Source of the DNA: Devosia sp. | Lineage (GTDB): Bacteria > Pseudomonadota > Alphaproteobacteria > Rhizobiales > Devosiaceae | DNA: 64,000 nucleotides | NCBI GenBank assembly: GCA_035565135.1 | Contig: DATMSY010000021.1 | Coordinates: forward strand, 17,589 to 81,588 | Direction: 5' to 3' | Shown: piece after piece, positions 18,073 to 27,600 of the stretch | Layout: each line of letters opens with the position of its first letter | Position numbering within the stretch: the first letter of the stretch is position 1 | The notes under the pieces: model-generated | Databases searched by the model: none | What the model was told of the DNA's origin: nothing | The model's input: the letters and a program-made list of their open reading frames with translations, nothing else | Made by a program: the position numbers and the translations under genes

Positions 18073-18713
18073 GCCACCACTCCGCGCGCAACATCACTCT
18101 GCCGCGCCCGTTCGGCTTCGACCAGCTGGATCCATCCGGCAGTGCGCTCGGCCGCGGCGATCAGCATCGGCTTGGGCGTCTCATGCCATTCATCAGGGCG
18201 CAATTCCCGCTTTTCGCGAATGTGGTTGATTGCATCGATCAGCTCGGGAAACTGCCCGGGAATTTGGATGTGCAGGAACAAAGCCGCCAGGATCACCGAT
18301 CGCGACCGGCCCGCGCGGCAATTCACCAGCACATTGCCCCTCTCGCGCATGGGATAGCTGGGCTTCTCGGGCAGGATTTGGTCGAGAGCACCGCGCAATT
18401 GGTAGAAACCGGCCAGCATCATCGTGTCCGGATTGCCCGGGCCATCGACGATCCCCAGCTTGTAATAGCGGATGGGCGCCGGGCCATAGTCGACGCGGCT
18501 GTCATGTGACACCTCGTCCGGCGTCGCGACATAGTTGAAATCCAGATTCACGGCGCAGTTCAGCACCGTGGAAATGTTGTTTTGCCGCAGCAGGGGAACA
18601 TCGGACGCCCCCTCCCGTCCACCGACAAACAGGTCCACCCCATAGCCCGGCAGGTTCTCGTAAACCCGGCTGATATGGGGGCGTTCATAGTGGCGCGTTG
18701 CTGGGCTGGTCAT
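18069..18713 (-). CDS. Cysteine-dependent (PTP/dual-specificity-like) phosphatase
   Basis: VLVNCRAGRSRS (CX5R P-loop), ISTVLNCA, IVDGPGN acid loop; 4-bp overlaps with both neighbours. Confidence 0.85.
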   Translation of the reverse strand: MTSPATRHYERPHISRVYENLPGYGVDLFVGGREGASDVPLLRQNNISTVLNCAVNLDFNYVATPDEVSHDSRVDYGPAPIRYYKLGIVDGPGNPDTMMLAGFYQLRGALDQILPEKPSYPMRERGNVLVNCRAGRSRSVILAALFLHIQIPGQFPELIDAINHIREKRELRPDEWHETPKPMLIAAAERTAGWIQLVEAERARQSDVARGVVA

Positions 18714-19549
18714 GCCGTCCTCCGCTGGTCCAGTTCGGCAAGAACATCGTTTCCGACAAGTATGGGTATTCCCGTGGCGTCCGACAGCAAGCGCGCGGCG
18801 CCGGGCGATGCGGCCAGAACCGGCGCGCCTTCGATAAGGCCGCCCACCGAAAGGAACGGCCCGGTCAGCCCGCCAGCCTCGCGCACCAGCAGCAGGCCTG
18901 CAAGGCAGTCCCACGAATTCATGTGCAGCTCGCTATAGCCGTCGCTGCGGCCATCCGCGACATAGGCAAGGCCCAGCGCCCCGCACGAGGCGCGGCGAAC
19001 ATTGCTGCCGGCCTCGAACAGAGCCCGCACCGCGCCGATATACTGGTCCAGCGGTCGCCGGCTGGACCAGCCCAGCTCGACCGAAGTCGCCGCGACATGG
19101 GCGGTTGCGGCAACCGTGATCGCGCGATCGTTCAGCGTGGCGCCACGGCCAAGTCTTGCCAGATAAAGCTCATCGAGCACCGGGTTCAGCACCATCCCGA
19201 GCTGGGTCTGCCCATTGGCGACAAAGGCAATCGAAATGCAGAAATGGGGGATGCTGCGCGCGAAATTGGCCGTGCCGTCGATCGGATCAACGACCCAGGC
19301 CTGCTGCCCCGGCGTTCCGCCACCTTCCTCGCCGAGAAAACCATCTTCCGGAAATGCGGCAGCGATCCTGCTGCGGATGAATTCCTCCACCTTTCCGTCG
19401 GTCTCGGTCAGGTAGTCCTGCGGCCCCTTCATGCTGACGATTTCGCTGCTCTGCCGGGCAAAGCCTGCCACTGCGATTTCGGAGACGTCCTTCACCAGCT
19501 CGCGCAGAAAGGCTTCTCGCCTGTCGATTCCAATTTCGTCCACGATCAT
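18710..19549 (-). CDS. Inositol monophosphatase family protein
   Basis: LTETD, GEE, VVDPIDGTANF and WDCLAG...EAGG motifs. Confidence 0.92.
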   Translation of the reverse strand: MIVDEIGIDRREAFLRELVKDVSEIAVAGFARQSSEIVSMKGPQDYLTETDGKVEEFIRSRIAAAFPEDGFLGEEGGGTPGQQAWVVDPIDGTANFARSIPHFCISIAFVANGQTQLGMVLNPVLDELYLARLGRGATLNDRAITVAATAHVAATSVELGWSSRRPLDQYIGAVRALFEAGSNVRRASCGALGLAYVADGRSDGYSELHMNSWDCLAGLLLVREAGGLTGPFLSVGGLIEGAPVLAASPGAARLLSDATGIPILVGNDVLAELDQRRTA

Positions 19550-19585
19550 GAAAGCCTTCCTGAAATGCCGATTAATTGCCCTAAA

Positions 19586-19601
19586 TTGCACAGCTGTGCA
19601 A
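19586..19601. promoter_or_regulatory. Perfect 16-bp palindrome TTGCACAGCTGTGCAA, putative LacI operator
   Basis: Directly upstream of the IMPase-PTP-metallophosphoesterase operon; same 14-bp core at 25235-25248. Confidence 0.8.
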
Positions 19602-19740
19602 CAGGGAACTCAATAGTTTCGCTGTGACATTTTAACAAATCCTGCAATGCTCACCATTCCGGCCGCATCCGTCTGGAGGGCAGCTGCCCGCCCTCCAGGG
19701 AAGAGGTGGCTTGGAGGAGCCACCAATTGTGCCTTTTCAC

Positions 19741-20844
19741 TCACCTTGTGTAATGCATGCGCCAGAAATCCTGCCAATCCTGGCGGGTATCCCAGTCATC
19801 CAGGCCCGTTGCCGGATTGTAGGCCAGCACCTTGTCGAGATGCGCACCGACCCCGGATGGCTCGTCGTCGGGCAGCCCGACCGTCCGGTTCGACGAGACC
19901 TTTCCGTCATCGGCCTGGGGCGCGATGCCTTCAGCAGTCATCACATAGTGAATGAAGAGTTTTGCCGCACTGGGGCTGTCGGTTCCCTTGACGATGACGG
20001 CGGCGGTGGCGTTGTTGAAACCGATAATCGGCTCGAGCCCTTCGCATAGACCCAGCGTGAAGCCGGCCCCTTCATTGTCCCGGAACTTGGCCGCCGAAAC
20101 GAGGCCCACGAAAGGCTCGGTCTGGCCGGGTGCGGCGACCGCTTCTGCCGCCGCCGAGTCGGAATCGGTCAGCAAGGGCCCGTTCGCCGCCAGGGCCGCG
20201 ACGAAGGCCTCGGTGGCGCTCTCGAATTCGCTGTCGAGCGGTTTGCCGAAATAGGCCTCATAGCTGGCGGCCATCTGGTCGTCGGCATGACTGCGCATCT
20301 GGTTGAACCAATCGGTATAGCTGGGCTTGCCCAGCGGGTCCTGCATCGAGACCCTGCCCTTCCAGTCGGGCTCGGTAAGCTGCCAGATATTGGTCACCGG
20401 GCAGCTCTCGAAGAGCTTGGTATTGTAGGTGAAGATATTGGGGCTGGAGACGACCAATAGCGGGTCCTGCGCGGATGGGTCGATGTCGCCCGCCAGATCC
20501 GGCGGCACCCAGCTTTCCGCGAAACCGGAGGGCAGCAGTTGGCCGATCACCGCCGCCGGGTCCGAAATCAGCGAGACGTCGGTCTGCACATTGCCGGACT
20601 GAACCTCGCGGATAATGGTCTCGAGCTGGGCCGTGGCCTTGGACTTGGTGCCGGTTGCCTCGATCCCGTATTTGGCGGCAAAACCCGCCGCCATATCGAC
20701 GATTTTGCCCGTGCTGTCGAATACGGTCAGCGGCGGCTCCGCCTTGGCCGCCTCGATAAGCGCATCGAGGTCGAAATCCTGCGCCGCCGCCTGTCCCATG
20801 AGCAGCGAACACCCAGCCAATAAAGTCAGACTGATCTTCTTCAT
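19741..20844 (-). CDS. ABC transporter substrate-binding protein (AfuA/Fe3+-thiamine family), paralogue 1
   Basis: Signal peptide; LIEAAKAE, WQLTEPDWKGRVSMQDP and AAKLFIHY motifs. Confidence 0.88.
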   Translation of the reverse strand: MKKISLTLLAGCSLLMGQAAAQDFDLDALIEAAKAEPPLTVFDSTGKIVDMAAGFAAKYGIEATGTKSKATAQLETIIREVQSGNVQTDVSLISDPAAVIGQLLPSGFAESWVPPDLAGDIDPSAQDPLLVVSSPNIFTYNTKLFESCPVTNIWQLTEPDWKGRVSMQDPLGKPSYTDWFNQMRSHADDQMAASYEAYFGKPLDSEFESATEAFVAALAANGPLLTDSDSAAAEAVAAPGQTEPFVGLVSAAKFRDNEGAGFTLGLCEGLEPIIGFNNATAAVIVKGTDSPSAAKLFIHYVMTAEGIAPQADDGKVSSNRTVGLPDDEPSGVGAHLDKVLAYNPATGLDDWDTRQDWQDFWRMHYTR

Positions 20845-20931
20845 TTTGATCCCCGAGTTTTGCCTGCCGCGTGCTGCGGAGGCTGCCAATAGTCCCATTG
20901 CGGCCGGATGGGCCGAACTCAGCGCAAGCTC

Positions 20932-22029
20932 TTAGCGGGTCAGGCTGGTGCGCCAGATATCCTGCCAATCCTGGCGCGCATCGATGTCGGAGACGGCCGA
21001 TGAGGTGTCCCACACCATCAGCTGGTCCATCACCGCGCCGACCCCGGATGCCTCGTCGGCCGGCAGGCCGATGCGGGGATCGGAGGGCACCTTGCCATCA
21101 ATGCGCTGCGGGTTGATGCCCTCTTCGGTCAGCAGATAATGGATGAACAGCTTGGCCGTATTGGGCGACGCCGTGCCCGCGGCAATGACGCCGACCCCCG
21201 GATAGAGCCATCCCGAGAATGGCGCCATGCCCGTGCAGATGGCCAGCGCATATCCCTTGCTGGCATTGTCGCGGAACTTGGCCGTCGACATCATGCCGAA
21301 AAATGGCTGCTCCTGCTCGGCAACACCGACCGCCCCCGTAACCACATCGCTATCCCCGATCAGCGGGTTATTGCCGGCAAAGGCTTTGACCCAGGCCTCG
21401 GTCGCCGAACCCTCGGAGCCCTCGAACGGCTTGCCATAATGGGCTTCGTAAGCCGCAGCGACCGCCTCGTCGTGGTGCTCGGCCAGCTGGTTGAACCAGT
21501 CGGCATAAGCGGGCTTGTCGAGAGGGTCCATCATGGCGACCCGGCGCGACCATTCCGGATCGGTCAGCTGCCAGATATTGCTGATCGGGCAGCTCTCATA
21601 GGCTTTTGAATTATAGGCCCAGACATGGGGATCGGTCACGACCACCAACGGGTCACGCGCGGATTGGGGCAGTTCATCGACAATGTCCTGCGGCACCCAG
21701 CTTTGCACCACGCCCTGCCCCAGCAGATCGGCGATAATGACCGAGGCGTCGGACGCCAGCGATACGGACCCCGCGACATTTCCGGCCTGGTGCTCGCGGA
21801 TCAGCAGGTCGATCTGACCGGATTCGTTGACCTTCTTGCCGGTGACATTGAGACCATATTTGGCGCTGAAGGCCTCGGCCGTATCCACGATCTTGCCGGT
21901 AACGGCATAGACACTGGTCGGCGGCTCGCCCTTGGCGCCTTCGATCAGCGCCGCCAATTCGCCCGACTGGCCATGGGCCGCGCTGCCAGTCAGCGCCAGC
22001 GCCACCGCCAGCAATCCTAGTTTACGCAT
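20932..22029 (-). CDS. ABC transporter substrate-binding protein (AfuA family), paralogue 2
   Basis: Signal peptide; collinear with paralogues 1 and 3 (TGKIVD, Y-DWFNQ, AKFRDN, RQDWQD). Confidence 0.88.
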   Translation of the reverse strand: MRKLGLLAVALALTGSAAHGQSGELAALIEGAKGEPPTSVYAVTGKIVDTAEAFSAKYGLNVTGKKVNESGQIDLLIREHQAGNVAGSVSLASDASVIIADLLGQGVVQSWVPQDIVDELPQSARDPLVVVTDPHVWAYNSKAYESCPISNIWQLTDPEWSRRVAMMDPLDKPAYADWFNQLAEHHDEAVAAAYEAHYGKPFEGSEGSATEAWVKAFAGNNPLIGDSDVVTGAVGVAEQEQPFFGMMSTAKFRDNASKGYALAICTGMAPFSGWLYPGVGVIAAGTASPNTAKLFIHYLLTEEGINPQRIDGKVPSDPRIGLPADEASGVGAVMDQLMVWDTSSAVSDIDARQDWQDIWRTSLTR

Positions 22030-22074
22030 TCACTATCCTCCCTTGCATGCGGCCTCTATGGACCGCTTTGATGA

Positions 22075-23220
22075 TCAGGCGCGTACCGCCGAAACGCCGT
22101 TGGCCGCCCGGCTCAATGCTTCGTCCGCCCCATCGAGACGCTTGCCGGCCTTGTCGAAGACATGCAGTGCCGTGGCCCGCGCATAGAGCCACACCTTCTC
22201 CCCGCCGGTGACGATGGGCGCCTCGGTGGTGGTCACGAACAGAATGCGCCCATCGACCTTGAGCTCGATGATCCAGCTGCCCCCGGTCGGCAAGATGCCC
22301 CCCACCTCGGCCGCGTGCCGGAAGGCGCTTGCCGGTACAGCCGCTTCGCTGTCAGCGAAATGCAGCGCCTCGGGGCGGATGCCGACCGAACCGAGATCGA
22401 TGCGATTGCCCAGGCGCGGCCGCAGCCAGCCCTCGACCGCCACATCCAGCGCATGGCCGGCGCCGATTTCCAGGATGTTGATCGGCGGGCTGCCGACGAA
22501 TTCGGCGACGAAGCGGTTTGCCGGCCGATCATAGATGTCGTTCGGCGTACCCAATTGCTGCAACGTGCCCTCGTTCATCACCGCGATCGAGGTCGCCAGG
22601 GTCATGGCCTCCCATTGATCATGGGTCACGAATACGATGGTGGTGCCGAACTCGGCATGAATGCGCTTGAGTTCCGCCCGCATTTCGAGGCGCAGTCGGG
22701 CATCGAGATTGGATAGCGGCTCATCAAGCAGCAGCACGCCGGGATTGACGGCCAGCATGCGAGCCAGGGCAACGCGCTGCTGCTGCCCGCCCGAGAGCTG
22801 GGACGGATAGCGATCGCGATATTTTTCGATGTCCAGGGCCTTCATGACCTTGGTCACGCGCGTTTCGCGCTCGGCCTTGGGCATCTTGCGCAGGCGCAGG
22901 CCGAAATCGGTATTGCGTTCGATGGTGAGATGGGGCCACAGGGCATAGGATTGGAACACCAGTCCCATGCCGCGCTTTTCTGGCCCGACGAACTGGGCCT
23001 TGGCCGGACTGTCGAAGACGCGATCGCCAACCGTGATCTCCCCGTCGCTGAGATTTTCGAGGCCGGCGATCATGCGCAGGGTCGTGGTCTTGCCGCATCC
23101 TGACGGACCGAGCAGGCACATGAATTCGCCATTGCCGATATGGAGGTTCAGATCGCTCACGGCATTGGGCGAACCCGCGCCGTAGGATTTCTGCACATTG
23201 TTCAAAACGATGTCGGGCAT
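22075..23220 (-). CDS. ABC transporter ATP-binding protein (PotA/AfuC-like)
   Basis: GPSGCGKT, LSGGQQQRVALAR and LDEPLSNLD motifs; true start MPDIVL coupled (TGATG) to the permease. Confidence 0.95.
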   Translation of the reverse strand: MPDIVLNNVQKSYGAGSPNAVSDLNLHIGNGEFMCLLGPSGCGKTTTLRMIAGLENLSDGEITVGDRVFDSPAKAQFVGPEKRGMGLVFQSYALWPHLTIERNTDFGLRLRKMPKAERETRVTKVMKALDIEKYRDRYPSQLSGGQQQRVALARMLAVNPGVLLLDEPLSNLDARLRLEMRAELKRIHAEFGTTIVFVTHDQWEAMTLATSIAVMNEGTLQQLGTPNDIYDRPANRFVAEFVGSPPINILEIGAGHALDVAVEGWLRPRLGNRIDLGSVGIRPEALHFADSEAAVPASAFRHAAEVGGILPTGGSWIIELKVDGRILFVTTTEAPIVTGGEKVWLYARATALHVFDKAGKRLDGADEALSRAANGVSAVRA

Positions 23221-25046
23221 CAGGTTCCGAGTCCTTCGGCAAGGTTGGTTCGCGTCAGTTTCTGGGCCAGCAGCGTTCCGCCATAGGCGAGACCCGCGAT
23301 GATCAGCACCACCGCATTGGCGGCCTGGGTGTAATTGTAGTCCACGAGGCGCAAGGAGAATGTCGTCAGCACGTCGGTGGCCGGCACGGCCAGGATGACG
23401 AAGAGCGACAATCCCTTGATGCCGGAAATGAACGGCAGCAGCACGCCGGTAACCAGCGAGCCTTTCTGGATGGGCAGCACCACCCAGAGCATGCGCCGGA
23501 ACCAGCCCGCCCCGACAATCTGGGCGGCCTCCTCGGGATCCTTGCCCAATTGCATCATCGCGGAAATGCCGGCCCGCGAGGCATAGGGCATCTGGTCCGC
23601 CATGAGCGCGAGGATAAGGATCAGCGAGGTGCCATAGAGCGCCGGAATGGGGCCGCGCTGCACGGCAAATAGCGAGAGATAAGCGGCGGCGAAGGCGATG
23701 CCGGGCACCAGATAGGGCATGAAGGTCACCTGCCGCATGAAGAATGACAGCGGACGCAGGTTCGAGCGGACAACCACATAGCCGGTGAGAATGCCCAATA
23801 TGCCCGAGCAGACCGAGGCGGTGCCCACGATCAATATTGTGTTGAGCGCCGCCTGCCAGAGCGCGGGACTGAAGAGGATACCCGTCCGCAAGGCGACGGT
23901 GGGCAGATCCTGGCCGATCCAGAAATCGAGCGTGAAATTGCTCCACTCGAAATTGCCGGGGCGCCGCATGATGGTGGACAGGGCCAGGGTCATCAGCGGC
24001 AGGCCCACCGAAATCACGAACATCAGGGCCGCAAAGCCGGTTGCCGGCAGGCGCCAGGCCTTGAGCGACGACGTCCGGTTCATCGACCCCTTGGATCCCA
24101 CCGTCACGAACCGCTTGGCCTCGCGGGCAAGATAGCCGTCGACCAGGATGGCCGTAACGCCAATCAGCATGATCGCGCCGGCCAGCACACCGGCAACGCC
24201 GGTCTGGCGGGACCCGATCGATCGATAGAGCGAGGTCGCCAGCACATCGAACTTGACCGGCAGGCCCAGTACATAGGGCACGCCGAATTCGCCCAGGCAT
24301 TTGGCAAAGATCAGCACCACGGCCGACATCAATGCCGGCCGCATCAGCGGCAATATGACTTGCCAGGCTACGGTTCGGCTGGAGGCGCCAAGAATGCGCG
24401 CGGAATCTTCAAGCTGGCTGTCGAACCGGCGCAGCGCGGAACCGAACAGCAGGATGACGAAGGGCGTATAATGCAGGGCCAGGATCACCGTGATCGGCAC
24501 CTGCCCATAGGCCAGCCAGTCTGGCGGGGTGAGCCCGATGGCTTCGAACCAGCCGGGTTGACCGCCCACGGTACGGTTCTTGAACAGCGTGCTCCAGGCC
24601 AAGGCGAAGGTCCAGGCGGGCAACATATAGGGCACGATGAGCGCCGTCGCGAACCAGCGGCGGCCGAACATGTCGCTGCGCGCGATCAGCCAGGCCAGCA
24701 TGCCCCCGACCACGACAGAGACGCCGATGGCGCCGAAGGCCACCTTGAGCGTATTGAGCAAGGGCTCCCAGAACAGATCCTGCGCGACCGCCGAGGTAAA
24801 GGCCCGCTGCAGGTAGTACAGCGTATAGCTGCCCAATTCCGCTTTGGTGCGCCGCTCGTCGCCGAACTGCACCGTGGCGGCATCTGTCAGGATCGAGATG
24901 ATGGGCACCGCGATCAGATACAGGAACAGGGCGGCCATCATGACGCCGATCAGCGTCGCCGGCTCCCGCATGGCGAGCTTGAGCCGGTAGCGCCAGCGGC
25001 CGGTGCGCGCCGCTACCTTGCCCTGTGTGAGGTCAATTCCGTTCAT
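23220..25046 (-). CDS. ABC transporter permease with two fused TM modules (AfuB/ThiP-like)
   Basis: Two EAA loops (LEDSARILGA, PEEAAQIVGA), EFGVPYVLG; GGAAGG RBS. Confidence 0.92.
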   Translation of the reverse strand: MNGIDLTQGKVAARTGRWRYRLKLAMREPATLIGVMMAALFLYLIAVPIISILTDAATVQFGDERRTKAELGSYTLYYLQRAFTSAVAQDLFWEPLLNTLKVAFGAIGVSVVVGGMLAWLIARSDMFGRRWFATALIVPYMLPAWTFALAWSTLFKNRTVGGQPGWFEAIGLTPPDWLAYGQVPITVILALHYTPFVILLFGSALRRFDSQLEDSARILGASSRTVAWQVILPLMRPALMSAVVLIFAKCLGEFGVPYVLGLPVKFDVLATSLYRSIGSRQTGVAGVLAGAIMLIGVTAILVDGYLAREAKRFVTVGSKGSMNRTSSLKAWRLPATGFAALMFVISVGLPLMTLALSTIMRRPGNFEWSNFTLDFWIGQDLPTVALRTGILFSPALWQAALNTILIVGTASVCSGILGILTGYVVVRSNLRPLSFFMRQVTFMPYLVPGIAFAAAYLSLFAVQRGPIPALYGTSLILILALMADQMPYASRAGISAMMQLGKDPEEAAQIVGAGWFRRMLWVVLPIQKGSLVTGVLLPFISGIKGLSLFVILAVPATDVLTTFSLRLVDYNYTQAANAVVLIIAGLAYGGTLLAQKLTRTNLAEGLGT

Positions 25047-25088
25047 CGCGCACCTTCCCATAAGCCGGACGTGTCGATGCGGCATTTT

Positions 25089-25104
25089 TCGCAAAGCCGT
25101 GCAA
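25089..25104. promoter_or_regulatory. Putative LacI operator TCGCAAAGCCGTGCAA
   Basis: One mismatch to TTGCA-N6-TGCAA; upstream of the permease. Confidence 0.5.
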
Positions 25105-25233
25105 TCCATTCCTCCCGCCTGGCTGCGCGCACAACGCGCCAGAACTTATCTGACCAACAACGCTGTAAGGCGCGTCTACGGCCATTCCTCATTTGGGATC
25201 ATTGACGAGCCCGAACCGGGTGTCAACGCATTT

Positions 25234-25249
25234 GTGCACAGCTGTGCAA
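25234..25249. promoter_or_regulatory. Putative LacI operator GTGCACAGCTGTGCAA
   Basis: 14-bp perfect palindrome identical to the core at 19587-19600; adjacent to a minus-strand TTGACA at 25221-25226. Confidence 0.75.
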
Positions 25250-25326
25250 TCAAAAATCGATGGCCCCCGCAGCACCACTTTCAAGGCCATCGAAACGCAT
25301 GACAAACAACGGCGCCCGAGCCGCTA

Positions 25327-26202
25327 CTACACGGCGCTCGGCCTGATTTCCCGTCGTGACGATATCGCGTCGGCCACCAGATCCAGGGTCGGATAGGCCC
25401 CGCCCGCACCGATGGCAACATAGCCCGGATACATATTCGCCGGCTGGCCAGGCGGCACGCGGCCAAGCCCCAGTGGACGATAGCTGCCGCCCGCATTTCG
25501 CAGGATCAGGATGGCGGCCGTGACGTCCCATGGGTTGACGCCGAAACCGGCAGCCGCGTCACACCATCCCGCAGCCACATGGCACAAGGTCAGTGCCGCG
25601 CTGCCTGGGCGGCGAAGCGTCGAGAAGGCCTCGACCAGAGTCCCGAAATTCTCGAGCGCCGCCGCCTTGCCATCCAGCCGGAAGTCGCGGGCAACGGGAT
25701 ATCCGGTGATCAAGGTGGCATGGGCCTCATCCGCCACGGCGCCGGAACGGATCGGCTCGCCATTCAGCCACACCCCGTTCAGGTCGGCCGTAAAGATATG
25801 CTCCGCAATCGGGTCGTAGATCACGCCGGCAACGATCTCGCCATCGATGACGGCGCCGATCGCGACGCACCAGAAGGCTAATCCGCGCGCGAAATTGGAC
25901 GTGCCATCGATCGGATCGACATACCATTTGACGCGCCCCGTGCCGACACTCCCGCCCTCTTCCCCGAGCAGCGCCGAATCCGGCGCCGCTGCGAGGATGA
26001 AGTCGCGGATGGCCGCCTCGCTCTGCTTATCGTGGATAGTCACCACATCATGCAGGTCCACCTTGTAGTCGACCGCCATGGCGCCTCGAAAAGCCGCCCG
26101 CAGCGGATCGCCGACAAGCAGGGCCGCCTCACGCGCGATCTGCATCAGCGCGGTGGATTCGGCATAACGATCAATGGACGAAGACAGCTGGTTCGATGTC
26201 AT
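25327..26202 (-). CDS. Inositol monophosphatase family protein (second paralogue)
   Basis: GEE, VDPIDGTSNF, RRPGSAAL and PWDVTAA...AGG motifs. Confidence 0.92.
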   Translation of the reverse strand: MTSNQLSSSIDRYAESTALMQIAREAALLVGDPLRAAFRGAMAVDYKVDLHDVVTIHDKQSEAAIRDFILAAAPDSALLGEEGGSVGTGRVKWYVDPIDGTSNFARGLAFWCVAIGAVIDGEIVAGVIYDPIAEHIFTADLNGVWLNGEPIRSGAVADEAHATLITGYPVARDFRLDGKAAALENFGTLVEAFSTLRRPGSAALTLCHVAAGWCDAAAGFGVNPWDVTAAILILRNAGGSYRPLGLGRVPPGQPANMYPGYVAIGAGGAYPTLDLVADAISSRREIRPSAV

Positions 26203-26268
26203 GGCAGGACCAATCGGAAAGGCAGGATGGCGGAATCTGCCGGCCAGCAGGACTGGCCGGCATCTCGA

Positions 26269-27381
26269 TCACTTCGAATAATTGATGGTCCAGAAATCCT
26301 GCCAGTCCTGGCGGGTGTCCCAATCATCGAGCCCGGTCGAAGCATCATAGGGGAACAGCGCATCGATATGCTCGGCGAGACCGGACGGCTCGTCATCGGG
26401 TATCTTGACGTCCGCATTGGTCGAAATCTTGCCGTCGGCGACCTGTGGCGCAATGCCTTCCTCGGTCAGGATGTAATGCACGAAGAGCCGCGCCGCGCTC
26501 GGGCTGTCCGTCTTGCTGGCAATCAGGGCGAGCTTGGTATAGGTCCAGCCGACCCAGGGCGTCATGCTGGTGCAGAGGCCCAGCTTATAGCCCTTGTCCT
26601 CATTATCGCGGAACTTGGCCGAGCTGAGCAGGCCAATGAAAGGCTCGGCCTGACCAGGCGCCCCCACGGCCTCCGAAACCGGATCGTCGCCATCGGCGAT
26701 GAGCGGCGCATTGGCGCCGAAAGCCTTGAGCCATTGGCGCGTGGCGCTTTCCGTGCTGGTATCGAGATCCCTGCCGAACTGCGCCTTATAGGCGGCGGCG
26801 ACCGCATCGTCGGCATGGGTCTCCATCTGGTTGAACCAGTCGGTATAGGTGCCCTTGGTCAGCGGATCGACAAAGGCGACCTTGGCGCGCCATTGCGGCT
26901 CGGTCAGTTCCCAGAGATTACTGACCGGGCAGCTGTCATAGACCTCGGTATTATAGGCCCACACATTGGCATTGGTGGAAATGGCAAGCGGGTTGCGGAA
27001 TCCCAGGGCAATCTTGTCCGCGAGATCGGCCGGCACCCAGCTCTCCACAAAGCCGTTCGGCAATAATTGGGCCAATGCGGCCGGCGCGTCGGTGATCAGC
27101 GCCACGTCGCCAATCACATTATTGGACTGGCTTTCGCGAATGATCATCTCGAGCTGGCTATTGGCCGAAACCTTCTGCCCGATGGCCTTGACGCCATATT
27201 TGGCTTCAAAATTGGCCGCCATGTCCACGATCTTGCCGGTGCTGTCGTAAACGGTAATTGGCGGCTCCGCCTTGGCCGCCGCGATCATCGCCTCCAGATC
27301 AAGCGTTTGCGCCAGGGCGGTCCCGCACAGCAATCCCGCGGCCAGGCCAGTGCAAAATGCGGCCTGCAATATGCGATTCAT
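26269..27381 (-). CDS. ABC transporter substrate-binding protein (AfuA family), paralogue 3
   Basis: Signal peptide MNRILQAA...ALA-Q; GGAGG RBS; C-terminal TGLDDWDTRQDWQDFW identical to paralogue 1. Confidence 0.88.
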   Translation of the reverse strand: MNRILQAAFCTGLAAGLLCGTALAQTLDLEAMIAAAKAEPPITVYDSTGKIVDMAANFEAKYGVKAIGQKVSANSQLEMIIRESQSNNVIGDVALITDAPAALAQLLPNGFVESWVPADLADKIALGFRNPLAISTNANVWAYNTEVYDSCPVSNLWELTEPQWRAKVAFVDPLTKGTYTDWFNQMETHADDAVAAAYKAQFGRDLDTSTESATRQWLKAFGANAPLIADGDDPVSEAVGAPGQAEPFIGLLSSAKFRDNEDKGYKLGLCTSMTPWVGWTYTKLALIASKTDSPSAARLFVHYILTEEGIAPQVADGKISTNADVKIPDDEPSGLAEHIDALFPYDASTGLDDWDTRQDWQDFWTINYSK

Positions 27382-27489
27382 ATCCATCTCCTCCAGACAG
27401 AATAGGCGTCTTTGCGCCCGTTGATGCCGCCCTTGATCGAATTGCTCGACTTCCCTCACCCAGCGGCACCAGCCAAGAATTGGCATCAT

Positions 27490-27505
27490 TTGCACGTGTG
27501 TGCAA
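27490..27505. promoter_or_regulatory. Putative LacI operator TTGCACGTGTGTGCAA
   Basis: Matches TTGCA-N6-TGCAA; upstream of binding-protein paralogue 3. Confidence 0.7.
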
Positions 27506-27600
27506 TACCAAACCGGATCGAAATGGATGGGTAGGCGAGCATTTTTTGCAGCACTTATCGCTTCATGCTCCGACCCACGGCAGTAAGTCATTGACGCATC

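Noticed and set aside
22075-24300. Apparent 741-aa ABC ATPase with a long N-terminal extension
   Set aside because: The extension is an off-frame reading of the permease; the real start is ATG 23220, coupled to the permease stop
19741-25046. Assignment as a ferric iron ABC transporter
   Set aside because: Only family-level resemblance; the context is phosphatases with LacI-type operators, and I saw no ICE or IRO box here
19741-26345. Near-identical DNA at about 19760-19810 and 26289-26340 as a possible mobile repeat
   Set aside because: It encodes the conserved C-terminus of the paralogous binding proteins
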